NCBI GenBank assembly: GCA_003971905.1
Contig: RSEE01000104.1
Coordinates: forward strand, 62,001-126,000
Length of the DNA: 64,000 bases
Reading direction: 5' to 3'
DNA from: Moniliella sp. 'wahieum'
Lineage: Eukaryota
Shown piece by piece: positions 1-12,534 of this stretch. Under the pieces are notes generated by a model. It was not told the origin of the DNA, made no database searches, and worked only from the letters and a program-made list of their open reading frames with translations. Both the position numbers and the translations under genes were made by a program. The number at the start of each line of letters is the position of its first letter. Positions within the stretch are counted from its first letter, which is position 1.

Positions 1-1
1 G

Positions 2-472
2 GGCCCAGACTGTGGCGCAGCACCGGCTGCGCGAGGCGGAGGAACTGGTGGTGCTGCCTCGGCGCGCGCGGCAGTGGGCAACCAGCTTGCCCGCTCACCC
101 TATCTGGCCGGGGAAGAGGCCGCGCTGTTAGTTGCCTGTGTCGGTGTGCAGAGGGGGGAAGTGGGTTCGCTCAAGCGACGTACGTGTCTCGTGCATCGAC
201 CTTTGGGGCCACACCGGGGCGCAGTAGAGATTTACTCGTCGGACCCGGCGGTGGGACTGGGAACGGCATCGATGCCCAAACCGCCACTGTGGTCCATCGC
301 GCCGTCTGACGTGGCGAGCGTGCAAGATGCCGAGTCGGAGCTGATGCTGGACCATGCGGTCGTGTTGCTCAACGAGAGGAAGGACATGGTGGTCGTCTTT
401 GTCGCCGATTCGGACGAGGAAAAAGTCGCGCTCACGGCCGCCTTGGAGACGGCAACAGGACGAGTGTACTAG
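2..472 (+). CDS. 3' end of an unidentified protein-coding gene (partial, enters from window edge)
   Basis: Frame is open from base 2 to TAG at 470-472, is GC-rich with a globular-looking C-terminus (...VVVFVADSDEEKVALTAALE...), and is followed by a pyrimidine-rich UTR-like tract. No family recognised. Confidence 0.5.
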   Translation, partial: GPDCGAAPAARGGGTGGAASARAAVGNQLARSPYLAGEEAALLVACVGVQRGEVGSLKRRTCLVHRPLGPHRGAVEIYSSDPAVGLGTASMPKPPLWSIAPSDVASVQDAESELMLDHAVVLLNERKDMVVVFVADSDEEKVALTAALETATGRVY

Positions 473-1679
473 CCTCTCAACTCTCAACCCCCGCCCTCAC
501 CACTTTGGACCTCTTTTCCCCGTTCTTGTTCCCTCCTGCCCTCCTGCCCTCCCCGCCTCTCCGCCTCCCCACCTCACACCCGCCCTCTCTCTTTCGCCCG
601 CGCTGTCTTCCTCCCTTTTGAGAAGGAGCTGGTCGCAGCCAGGCTGCGTTCATACCCGTTTCCCCCCTGTGCCTCCCCGCCCCCCGCCGCCCTGCCCCCA
701 CTCTCACCCCTGAACTGCTGGTACCGGATCGTCCACTTTGCTTCCCACCTTCGTTCATTCTCATCATCCTCATTCTCTTAGTCCTTTCTCTCTCTCACCT
801 TCTCTTTCGCCTTCTCTTCCGCCTCTGTCTTGTCTCTCCACCTCCCGTCTTGGCTCTGCTCTCTCCATTCCACTCCGACCCTGTGTGCCCAGGGCCCGGG
901 GGTTGGCCGGTGGGGAGGTACACACGTCTCAGACGCGCGAGCATACCACCCGTTTGTCCCTTGCACGCATCCTATCCTCTCAATATCACCTATCACCTAT
1001 CACCATCACGTCCCATATATCCCCTCATATATCACTTCTCGCTTGACCCCATTTTCGCCCCATTTCACCGGAAGCGCGTAAGCGCGTAAGCTCTCAACAC
1101 CACAAATCGAGCTTGGATTCCCCTCTGTCGCGTCTGTCGCGCGCGGTGTGTGCTGCGCCAGCTGCGCCCTTTCGTATTGGACTCCCCTTGCGCTTAGATA
1201 CTTCTAGTGAACTACTGCCAGGGCCAAACCCCGTAGTCAGCCCTCTTGGCTTCAATATTCAATCTCGACTGTGGCTGGTACTTTGACTGTTTTGGACTTG
1301 GAGTTTGATCTCGACGTTTGGTGTGCGATGGACGTCTGGGCCGCGGCAGCGACCGTCATGCGGGACGGGACGGAGCTCAGGTACAGTACAGTACGGCTAC
1401 ATAGGCGAGAGGTGCACCGACGATGATCGAATGGATAGGACAAGGGCAAGGGGGAGAGGTAGGAGAGGAAACAGAGATGGAGTGCTGCTGCGCATGGGCG
1501 CACAAGTCGGGACAGGCGGTCTAGGGTGGCCCTGGGAGGGGAACAGCCGAGAGACCTTCAATGGCTACACCACCATCACCATCATCTTCATGCAACACCA
1601 CCGCCGCACGCAGGGACCTGCGAGCCGTGCTGAGACCCCGCGCAGGCCCATCACGTTTCTCCATGCAGGTGGGTACGCG

Positions 1680-4600
1680 TTAGGCCACCTTGGTCGTCAA
1701 GCGGCGGAGGACAGGGACGTTCAAGTACGCGGGGCAGTACGTTTCGATGCCAGTCACTTCACGTGGCATGGGCAGTTCGTACGGTCCCGCCTCGTCCACT
1801 TCGGGTGGGAGAAGGAGGTGGTCGTTACGGTCGTTGGGTACGACGCGGGCGGCGACAGCTTTGAGGATTTCGGGCGAGATGGGGTTCTCGTAATCGGCGA
1901 CGGCGTAGTGGGAGATGAGTTTTTGGATTTGGGTCGGGGTCAGCATCCAGCACACGTCGTAGATGATGTCAATGTCGCCCAGGGTGGCCTTTTTGAGCTG
2001 GAGGAGCTTGGTGGCCTGCATGAGGTGTTCGAGCTGGAGCGTGCCTTCGGGCAAGTCGTGGGACTTGCACCATTCCTCGAGTCGGGTAATGTTGTATTGG
2101 ATCTGCATTGCGCGTTTCCACGAACAAAGTTGCGCCGCATCAGCAGGTCGTTGAACGCCGTCACGCCAATCAACTTGAGCAGCTCGCTGACCACTTGCTG
2201 CGTCACGCTCGCCTCGACATAATAGCACAGCAGAGCCTTCCACACCTGGTTCAGCAGCGCCAGCACATCGTCCATCGTGTACGCCACCGCGCCGGCCGAG
2301 GGCAAGAGGCGGTTGAACAGTTTTCCTGCCGCCGCTTCGGACGTGACAAAGCCCGGGAGCGCCTGGTGCTCAATCAGCGCCGGCACCACCATCTTGTGCA
2401 GGACCTTCTTGACCTCCTGCATCCAAGTGTGGTAAATGTTGTACTCGAGACTGTCGAGGTCATGCTTGACAATCGTCACCAGCCGCTCGTAGTCGCCCCA
2501 CTCGAATTCGTACATCCCCATCTCGTCCATGTCCATGCCCGGGCCAATGCCCTGGAGCATGTCGCTTTCGGCAATGCACACAAAGCTCAGTACTTCGTGC
2601 ACGTTCGACAGCCAAAAGATGCCCGGTGCGATGGCCTCCTCGCCCTCGAAGGACATGACGTGTTGCTGGATCGTCTGCATCACGTTGGCCAGGAACCGTT
2701 CGCTTTCCCGCACCATGCCGTACTTCCACATCTCGTTCGTCACCAGCGAAATAAGATGGGCCGGGAACAAGACTTCCTTGGGAGATGGTGCGTTGGAAGA
2801 AGACGGGGAGGGGATACGTAGCTTCTTGATCAACCCGACCAGTACATCCTCATCCAACGCATCCTCATTCTCGAGCAAGCGGATGATCCTCGGCCGGATC
2901 CGCATCTGGGTCCAACGTCTCCTCGTCCAGCCTCGCAGCAAGGGGCAAGCCGTCGGCGCCAAATGCCATGCTCACGTGCCGGTTGGCCATGGCCAAGTCC
3001 CGTTTGGCCAGCATCATCTCCCCCTCGTCGCCATCCAAGACGACGTCCGAGTGGCGGCGCCCGCGGCGGCGCGCGCCCTCCATCGCGGCACCATCCAAGC
3101 CGCGGCCCGTGGAGAGTTGGAACGGTTCGGCGCCCTCGTGTCGCGGTGCAGCGGTAGTCTTTTGAAGCGTGTTGAGCGTCTGGGCGCGACTCAACTGTTC
3201 TTGCAATTGGCTCATCTCCTGCGCAGCCCGCCAATCAGTTGCGCATCCTCTTCGGACGATTGGCTCACCTGGGCAATCACACGTTCGCGCGCCTCGATCT
3301 CTTGGACATACTGCGTCGCTTCTTCGCGCAACGCGGCAATCGTCCGTTCGATTCGGCCACCCGACGAAGCGCATCGGCCTGTTGCGCATCGGCCTCGGCC
3401 TTGGCCAGCTGGAGCGCATCAAACTCGGCCTGGGGCACAGTGGGCTGGCTATGAGTTGGTGCTGCAATTCGGGTATGCGCATCCAACTCGGAATGCTTGC
3501 CCTGCCATGCCGCCACCTCGGCCTGCATGTCGCGCACCTTGGCTACCAACTCGCGGTTCTCCCGCGTGCGCGCCTGCAGGATCTGCGTCAACTCCACCAC
3601 CTTGTTTTCCAACTTGCCGCTGATCTCCTTGAAGTGCTTGGCCGACTTGGCCTCGGCTTTGAGCATCACCATCTCCTTCTTGGCCAGACGGCGCCGCGTA
3701 AGGCTCTGGAGCAACACCACCCCCTTGCGGTCGTGGGCATACCGTCGCCGTACCAGCACGCCGCGGAAGAGCGCTTGCAACCGCGCCGCGGCGCTGTCGA
3801 GGCGGGAAGAACGGAAATGGGCACGCACTTGCTGGCCACGAACGTGGGCTTGGATGCGCGTGACGGCGTGGCGGGTGGCGAGGAACTGTTGGCGTGCCAA
3901 GTGCGCCCGACCGGCGGCCTGCACCTTGAGCACAATCGTTTCTCTTCGCAGCGTTTCAAACGCCTGTTGCGCCGCACGCATCCGCCACCAGGTTTGTACC
4001 TGCAACGTGGTCGCCTTGAGGGCAAGGTACCGTTTGCGCGCAACACGGGCACGCAGGTTCTTTTGCAAGAGGATGGTCAAGTAGTTGAGGCGGTCCTTGC
4101 GACGCTGTTCAAAGGCGGCGAGCATGCCTGCCCGGAAAAAGATTTTGGTCAGGCCAATCTGATACGAGTCGGGCCCGGCGCCGACGGCGGCCAAGATTGC
4201 TTGGCTCAAGTCTTTGATCGCCTGTTCGCTCGATGCGTCCCAATGGTTGGTTTGGGCCGATGGGACCAACATGTAGTAGCGCTGCACAAACTCGGCAAAC
4301 GTCCAGCGTGACGGATAGCCCGCCGAACTGATCCGGATTGTCTCCAACACACCGCACGCACGCAGCTGACCCAACATGTTCTGCGGCTCCACCGCCCACG
4401 GTTCCTTGGCTTCGTTGGGCTTGATGCAGCGAATGTAATGCGCGTTGGTCTTATCGATCGTGTCCATCAGCCCGACCAGGGAGGCCTTAAACTGCGATCC
4501 CAGCGTCGGCTTCTTGATCAATCCCAGGGCCGCCGTCCGGCCGCTGGCGGCTCGGCGGTAGAAGAGGCAAGCGCCGTATCAAACACTTCTTTTAAAAAGG

Positions 4601-6664
4601 GGTTGGCCGTGCCCTGGAGCAAGGCCAGCTGCTCGTCGGGAACTGTATCCTTGTTCTTATCCAGGAACCCGTCCACTTCGTACGTCACATCCAGCGCGTA
4701 GTGGCACACAGTAAAGCTCGATTGGCCAAACCGGGGCTTTTTAAACGCAGTTTTGTACTCGGGCTTGCGGTCAAACTGGGTGAACAGTTTGTTAAGGAAG
4801 GACTGGTCCGAACCAGAGGGCAAACGCGACTCTTCGTCCAAGAGGGAGAGAATGCCAAGACGGGACTCGATCAGGTTGATGGTCGGTTGGTTGTCGGAAA
4901 ATTCAATAAAAGTCCACTGAATTTGTTCTTTGACGTACTCTTCTTGTTCTAACCTGAAAACATGGTCGTTAAACTCATGTTGTAGTCGCTCGTTGGCATA
5001 GTTGATGCAAAACTGCTCGTAGCTGTTGACTTTGAAATGCTCAAACCCATAAATGTCCAACACCCCAATCATGTTCTTGCGCAGGTCCTCCGTGTCGGGC
5101 GTCAAGGCCAACGATTTGTTCATCTGCGCCACCAGCCAGTCAAACAAGCTGGAATAGATGTACTTGGCCACCGAATCACGCACCGCCGTTGCCATCACAG
5201 GCGACAAGCTCGACACGATCTTCTCGCCTCGCGTGATGATCTGTCGCTTGACCAGCCAGCGGCGGAAATCAGACGGATCAATGCCAAGAAGATTGGTGGC
5301 CATAAACAAGCTGGGGTCGTCATCCGACACCATCGCATCGTTGCGAAGGGAAGTAATCTTTACATTGCCCAAATGGAGCAAGGCGGCAAGTAGGCGGAAC
5401 ACCTGCCACTGCCGATCCACCGTCAACCCCACTGTGGTCATGGCCGCCTGGGTCTCTCGGAACTCGGCAGCATCGTCCACACCATTGACCACAGGATCAC
5501 CGCCCTGATTGAGGTAATGGAACTCCATTGGATCCGACAAGCCTAGGTTTGCGTTCCGCTTCGGGAGCACCGGCAACGAGTTGATAAAAGATGTGGTAGT
5601 TGCGCTCGGTGGAAGGCTGGTAGATCAATCGGCTGCGCTCAAGGAGGTAGGTGCGCATTTGAGCACCGATAATCTGGTATCGCTTGTCAAACAGGATCTC
5701 AATGTACTTGCCAAAACGGGAAGAGTTGTCGTTGCGGGTCGTCTTGGCATTGCCAAAGGCCTCCATGACGGGATTGGTAGCGAGGATGCGCTCCTCGGTC
5801 TCGCTCATTCCGCTGGTCTTGGGTGCATCCTTCTTGCTCCACACGGCGAGGTGTCCTCTTCGACACTGGCAAAGTAGCGCATAATGTATTGGCCGAGACC
5901 GTTTTGCCAGCACCTCTGCATCACATTGGTCAGAACCGAAACAAGAGAGGAGGAGTGGGGGGGGGGGGGCAAAGAGGCGAAGTGAGCAAAACGTACGACT
6001 CGCCAGACACGACAATTGTTTGGTCCTTCTCGTCTCGGATCATGTAGCGATAGGCATCCTCGGCAATGGCAAACAAATGAGGCTCCATCTCGCCTCGTTT
6101 GCGGCCGCTGTAGGCCGTGATGACTTCTGGGGAGTAGAGGTTCATAGGGAAGAAGGGGTTGACGGCGATCAGGACAATGCCCGAGTAGGTGTAGATGTTG
6201 CGTTGGGAGTAGCGGTTGAGGATGGTATGCAGCACTGTGGCAAGCGGCTGCGGTTAGTACACAACGCAGCGGGGAAAGAGCAACAGACCCAGACACGCAC
6301 CAGATGGCTCGTTGAGGTGGGACAAGTTGGTCAGGTCGTCGGTGGCCTCGAGCAGAGGCGGATTGCGCAGCGGGGGCAGCTGGCCCTCCGCCAGCTGACC
6401 CGAGGCGGTGGCGGCCGCATCCAGCGAAGCGCTCTCCTTGGACGCGCCCGCGGCCAGGGCAGCAATCTTGGTAGCGGTGGTCTGGAGCACACGCTCGATA
6501 CCTGTCTCGTCGTCGACAAAGTGCAGCTCGACGGCGCCGGAGCTGGCCACGAGGGGGGCGGCAGTGAGGGTGGCGCTGACCCAGCCGAGGTCACGGTGGG
6601 GGAACCAGGCGCGTGTGCCAGCCACATAGGGTGCGAGCGCGAGCTCGGCGGCGTGGGACGCCAT
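1680..6664 (-). CDS. MYO2: Class V myosin heavy chain (Myo2/Myo5), with introns and apparent frameshifts
   Basis: Motor-domain motifs [33 protein letters not shown](A), [40 protein letters not shown] and [10 protein letters not shown] repeats at ~3700-4080, then coiled coil, then a DIL cargo domain ([14 protein letters not shown]...QIQKLISHY). ATG at 6664, TAA at 1680. GT..AG introns at ~6236-6300 and ~5916-5996. Confidence 0.96.
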
Positions 6665-7759
6665 GGGGGGGGGGCGGGGCGGAGGCGACGGCGGTGGAGA
6701 GGGCCGTGGAGAGGGCCGTGGAGAGGGCCGTGGTGGAGGCGGAGGAGAAGGCCGTGGTGGAGGCGATGGAGAAGGCGGCGGTGGAGGCGATGGGGAAGCC
6801 GCCGGATGCGTCGCCGCCGTGACGGGATCGCCTCGGTTGGCTGCCTGGCCAAGGTGGAGCGTCTGCGCGCCGACAGGCACCCGGCCAGTGTGTGGCGCGG
6901 CGGCGCCTCCCAGCACTGCCCCCATGCCGCTCCCCGGCCGCTGCTGCTCAGCAGCAACGTCAGCCGCCCCCGCACGGGGCCTGTGTGCCGCCGCCCCCTC
7001 CACGTCGCCGTCGGTTTCAGTATTTCAGTGCTCCACTCCTTCCCCAGGTTCTTTTCCTCTGAGATCTGACAGCTGAATCGTCCGTCCTTTTCGATGTGTC
7101 AAGCTTTAAGGCGATAAAGACATGGCGGTAAGTCAAAGCGGTGGGCCGGAGGCCGTCAACCAACGTCTGAAGGGAAGAAGATAGGAGGGAGAAAGTGAAG
7201 GGAGATAAAGCGAGCAGGGAGTCGGCAACCTCGTTACGATCGAACGAACCTCTCCCGCGCTGGACTAATACCATCTGGAAGGGAGCATCCCCGCGTCGAG
7301 ATTCAACAAAACTTATTGAGGGCCGTGCAGGGGATTGAACCCTATATGAGCGCTACCTTCTCAAGGGACCCAATGCAAAATCGGGCTTTCCTCAGAGATT
7401 TTGTTAACCGCGTTTGACGATATGACAGGGGAGGGTCGACGGCAGCCGCGCCAGCCACTGGTCTATCGCTGTTGCTAAAAAATTGTCGAGGGAGCAAAGT
7501 GTAACGACCTTAGATAAGTACAAGTCCCCGCAGTGAGAGAAATCCAGGCGGCGAGACCGGGTTCACAATACTATAGTACGTGATAGCTTCCCTAGACAGA
7601 CCCTCTTCGGCACTGGCACCAGTATTGAGGTCAGTTGCCCTGACCACGCGCCTATGCACCCCCACAGTTGTATACTCCTATGGCAACGTTGGTGAAAGAA
7701 GCGAGACTACTAGGAGAGACATGTATAGCGGCTATGAATTCAGGGTATCACTGCAACAA

Positions 7760-9581
7760 TCAGGTACACTGATCAGCACTAGTACATATTATCTCGTAAA
7801 GGAGAGACCTGGCGCCAACATCTCTTGAATCAATGCATAAACCTGCGAGTATCATTTTACTTGTGGGAATCTTTCCCTCAAGACTGTGGAGTAACTCGAT
7901 GCGTTGGCGATGGCGATTCCCGAAGTAGTTCAAAGGAAGTAAAACGATAATCCACCCGAAGAGTACCGGAACATTTCGATACACGTGGTTTGCTCCGCCA
8001 TGGACAGAACAGTCATGAAGAGTTCGTATGCGTTGAACGCAGGCCACGCGTAGTGAATCCGGTAGAATTGAGGAGAAATCTCCGGAGGGTTACCGTTGAC
8101 TAGACTCGCAAAAGAAATGACAGTTAGGGCGAGTGTATATACACGCATTGAGGCAAAATGATACCAAGACGCAGTACTCACGGATACGCTTAGCAACGCA
8201 GCAGTCAGGACGATAGGTGGAAAATAAAGAAACTCGGTGACCCAGCCAGTATATGTGTCGAAAACGAGCCACTGGATGAAAGAGTAGCACCAATAGGGGA
8301 GCCAATAACCCACAACATACTGCCATGCGGCAATGGAGTCCGCATCGTGGAACATCTCAAACCAGAGCCCCCACGAAATCCCCATCAAGCACGACACACA
8401 CAACCCAAACCCTAGCCGGAAGGCCCACCATTTCCGAAAGGGGGGATTCCAATCATATGAGTCAAATGGCGAGTTCCTTGCACCAGAAACCCGATGGGGA
8501 CCGCGGGCAAAACACTTCCCACCGTGTCTACCCAGAATTTGACCCCAGCAGAAAAGTCACGTATGTTTGCAGGGTTCCTGAGAAGCCAGTAAGAAGAACA
8601 CGGATGCCCAATAAGGTAGTGGTGTTTCTCCCTGTAGCATCGCTTGCCCATAGTGCGATTGCCAGAGATCGCTAGCATCGTTGATGGCTGTTTCCATAGA
8701 TGCCTGAACATTGAGTTCGGTTAGCGCCCACCGAGCGCCATTGTACTCATATCGGATGGCACTCTGTGGATCAAACGGTGTGGTATTCTTTCCTTCGATG
8801 GCTGAAGAAAAGAAAGTGTTGCATTGGGAGCAGCAGCGACCAACCCCCATAATGACCTCTGTCAGAAAGAAATATGTCAGTACTCTGTAATGGCTTCACG
8901 TCAAAATTGTGGCAGTCTGGTATTAGGGAAAACATACGATAGACTTCGTCGTGGGCGTGTGCTAAGGTTTTGTACTTGGAACAAACGTGACCATTCCACT
9001 CTGCCCTGACAGTGCCTCGGTTGCGTTTCGCACTGCTTCCCCTGCACGTCACTCGTGATTAGCCCAACATGTCAAGTAACAGCGGGGAATGCGTACCGAT
9101 TTGCCAACATCATGGTCCAGGACAAGCACAGGCAGGTTTCTCATCTGTCGTTCTCCTTGTATGCCGATCCGTAGAGCCATGTGGCGGTGAAACCAAGCCA
9201 CGAGTAAGTAACAGCACCAAATTTGGCCAGGAATCGCAAGTAAGCCGACTGAAAGGGGGCAATTGCCCCATTTAAAATTGTCATTTGACAGAGTGGATGA
9301 AAACAATCGTATGACCAGCGACTTCGGTATCGATACGATTTTCCATGTCCAAACCTTGCTGCTTGGCGACCATCATTTGTGGTAGGTCTTGGACGTAAAG
9401 GGTCGGCTTGATCCCGTGCCAAGAAGCGAACGAGAGCGAGTTTGGTGCAAGAAAGACTGATGGGGGGGGTTGATGAAATGGCTACCGCCTCTAACCTGTA
9501 AGGAGAAGCTGCTAGGGGTGGTGGTGGAGAGAAGGATGGTAATACTATCCCATGGAAGCGGGGCTTCGCATAGAATGCCAC
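7760..9581 (-). CDS. DUF3533 / SNG1-like multi-pass membrane protein (paralog 1); start uncertain
   Basis: Fragments across frames: WLYGSAY...LPVLVLDHDVG, FDPQSAIRYEYNGARW, PPEISPQFYRIHYAWPAFNAYELF, VYRNVPVLFGW. These match the DUF3533/SNG1 motif order as I recall it. Confidence 0.72.
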
Positions 9582-10818
9582 AGCCGAGCTATGAGCAACC
9601 GTGTTGCCGCAAGGATAGTCACATCCTGTGCATCATGCATCCGTCAGCATCGAAGATCGTCTGTGGTATCTGATCGAATTCGATGGGGGGGTGGCCGATG
9701 GGCTGGATTCCATACTGGTTGTGCGGTTTGCACCTTCGGAAGATTTTTTCCAGCAGGAAAGTTACGCTGATTCGATGATCCGGAGGACTGACAAAAGCCC
9801 TCAACAAAATCCGGCTACGTCCGTCCGTCGTCCCTTTGTTGTTGCGAGGCCTACACACTAGCAAAGCCCACGAGAAGTCTATATATATAACCACTCAAGC
9901 AACACTCTCAATCCGAGACAGTTGTCATAGCTGTCGTGGCGCATACACAGTCCCTAAAAAGGACCCTACTAATAATCAGTCTGTAGTTCAAAAGCTCATC
10001 AAGCGTCACTAGCTCGCGTCACTGATATACATTCCGACATTGGGGAATGCCTTTAACCGGTAACCCCTCTAGGAGCGAAGCTGCTATTCCGTTCCGACTG
10101 CATTCGGAGATAAAGTGTGGCACAATTGTTTTTATGTGGCTAATACAGGTTTGGTGGTTGGTACGAGATGATCGATGGACGTGGAACTCAACGTTCTCAG
10201 CAATTGAGTAAAAGGATATATCGATAGCACTCCTCGCCCTTTGGGATCCATCGATCGTCTTCATCACTTTCAAGGTCTACTACTAAATCCGGTTGCCCAC
10301 CACAGCCACGTATACTTCAGTCAGCGCTATAAGCACTAGTCAGGAAGTATCCACACCACGGATGTAAGATAGGTGCGCGGGGGTTTCCACCGAGTATCCA
10401 CCGGGAAATATCTGCCATGCAACCGTGGTCGTTTGCCGGCGGGATGGACCCTACCATCGTCATCGCGTCATTCATCTGCATGAGAGCATAGGAGTTGCGA
10501 CGTGAGTATATGAGTACTGAGTGAGTACACGATACATGAACGCCGCCTTTTTGTTAGTCGGCAACTGTGTTTTTAACCTGCTGTTGGGCCGGCATGGCTG
10601 GACTGCGGCGCCGTGCTGTTTTGACGGTGCAATATCCAAAGTCCGATGTTTTACACTTTCAACGCGGCAGAGCTATTCCACGAGATCATCGGTTTTTTAA
10701 GTGGGCCTCCTGGCCTTGACCGTTTGCGCCTTTATTCTGGTGCTAGACCACCTTCATCAACTGGTTCTCTCGTCGAGGAGACCTTCGCCCCCGATTCGAA
10801 CAACAGCAGCTCTTCAAG

Positions 10819-12534
10819 ATGCTTGAGGAACCCACGCCCGTTTCATCGTCGCATCGCCCCAGCGGGCCGCGTCGAGAGGAAGGCGACGCTGATACGATCA
10901 TTGAGCAGGAGATGCACGGATGGAACCGTTTCTTCGCGCGGCCATCGCCTTCCCATACACGTTCCCTGCATGCGGCCTCACGACAAGACACGATTGAGTA
11001 TGATGTGTTTGAGTCTGGGCTGGGCACGGCGCACGCCCAATTCACGGTGAAAAGCATCAAGCCCTTCATTAAGGTCAGTTCAATTTTTGTCGTCGTCTTT
11101 CTTGGCCTTGCCTATATCTGTGCCAGCTGGATTGGTGGATCGTCGTTCCAGCAGAGCGTCAAGGCATCACGGCTTACTGTGTTACTGCTTGACCTGGACC
11201 AAAACGAAATTGGTAAGGAATCCTTTGTACTACTGAGTCCGCGCGGGGCAGACTATTGAACAGATATATACTTCTTGTATTCTTCTTTGCAAAAGGGCGC
11301 AGTCTTGTCGCTGCTGCACACGACTTATCTGGTCAACCAGGAATCGCCACATTTCGGCAAGTAAACTGGACCTGGGATCAAGGCTATGAAGCCGTTTGGA
11401 GGTATGTGCACATCAGAGCTCAATATTAATTCCAGGAAAAGGTATGCACAAGCGATGCGCACATGAAGAACTGAACTCTCTATGATACCAACGCAGGGGT
11501 CACGCCTGGGGTGCAATCGCTGCTATGCCAAACGCCACCACGAAGTTGCTGGATGCGATTGAAAACAGTGGTGATTACGAGCCAACAAGTGCTCTGCAGT
11601 ACGTGTACAATGAGGCGCGCTGGCCGACGGTGAACATGATGTTCGTCCAGCCTTCCCTGTCCGCCTTGGTACGTGGTACGCAAAACGGGTGGATGATGAA
11701 TGCTGGAGCACCACTTTTGGCTTCAGGGTCAAGCCTTTCTCAGCAGGCAATCAAAACAGTGCTGCAAGGCTTTTCGGCTCGCGTGTTCAACATCAAACCA
11801 TACGGCATTGGGATCAAGTTTTTGTACCTTCGGTATCGCATGTGGTTGCCTTTGTGCCGATAACCTTTGTCATGCTGGCATGCCGTGGGGTGGTTGCTGT
11901 CTATGGCCCGCCGAAGTATGTACAGTACATGTTTCTGCGGATAGGCGCAGCCCTCATCTTTCTTGTCTGATTGGCATGTCGTGGGGATTGTGGGTCGAGA
12001 TGTATCGAGAGACACTGTCCTACTCGGCCACTCAATTTTGTCGCATTTGGGGTGTGTACTGGCTGTACGCGCTGGTCAACTTTCTCTTCCTCGACATGGT
12101 CACCAGTTTCCTCCCGCCTCCCGGTGCTCCTTTCTGCATCTTCCTCGTGGCTATCATATGTATATACCATTCTACTCCTTCTCTGCGTACACACCACTCA
12201 CGATACCACACCTTGCTGACTGACATCTCATCGCGACGCAGCCGTCACGAGTGCTGTTTTCCCGCCAGACATCCAACCGCGGTTCTATCATTTTGATTAC
12301 ATCGTTCCAGCCTTGAATTGCTACGAGCTGTACGTTACCATCGTGACCAACGGCTCTACCTCACGAGTGTATCGGAACTTGCCAGTGCTGTTCGGGCAAC
12401 TCGTGGCCTATCTCACGCTCAATTTCCTGCTGAACTACCGAAGGTGGAAATCCGACGTCCGGTCTTATGATGAACAACTTCCAGAACATCAACGCTGGCG
12501 GGAAGCCTTGGAAACACAACAGACTCATGGCTGA
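10819..12534 (+). CDS. DUF3533 / SNG1-like multi-pass membrane protein (paralog 2)
   Basis: LTVLLLDLDQ, YEPTSALQYVYNEARW, FYHFDYIVPALNCYELY and VYRNLPVLFGQL, all collinear with paralog 1. Intron-like segments at ~11213-11295 and ~12160-12241. Confidence 0.78.

Noticed and set aside
1305..7069. Long plus-strand ORFs (1305-2222, 2529-3623, 3169-4311, 6020-7069), and similarly 33485-34801 and 53282-54925
   Set aside because: They are antisense or alternate-frame shadows of GC-rich genes and have no motifs.
7380..7545. GAGGAAAGCCCG (minus) and AAGTCCCCG (plus) resemble RNase P/MRP CR-I motifs
   Set aside because: No complementary CR-V/P4 partner was found on either strand; an Infernal/Rfam search would be needed.
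9831..9839. Second perfect ACAAAGGGA (minus strand) upstream of DUF3533 paralog 1
   Set aside because: A single 9-mer is expected roughly 0.5 times by chance in 64 kb across both strands, and there is no clustering.
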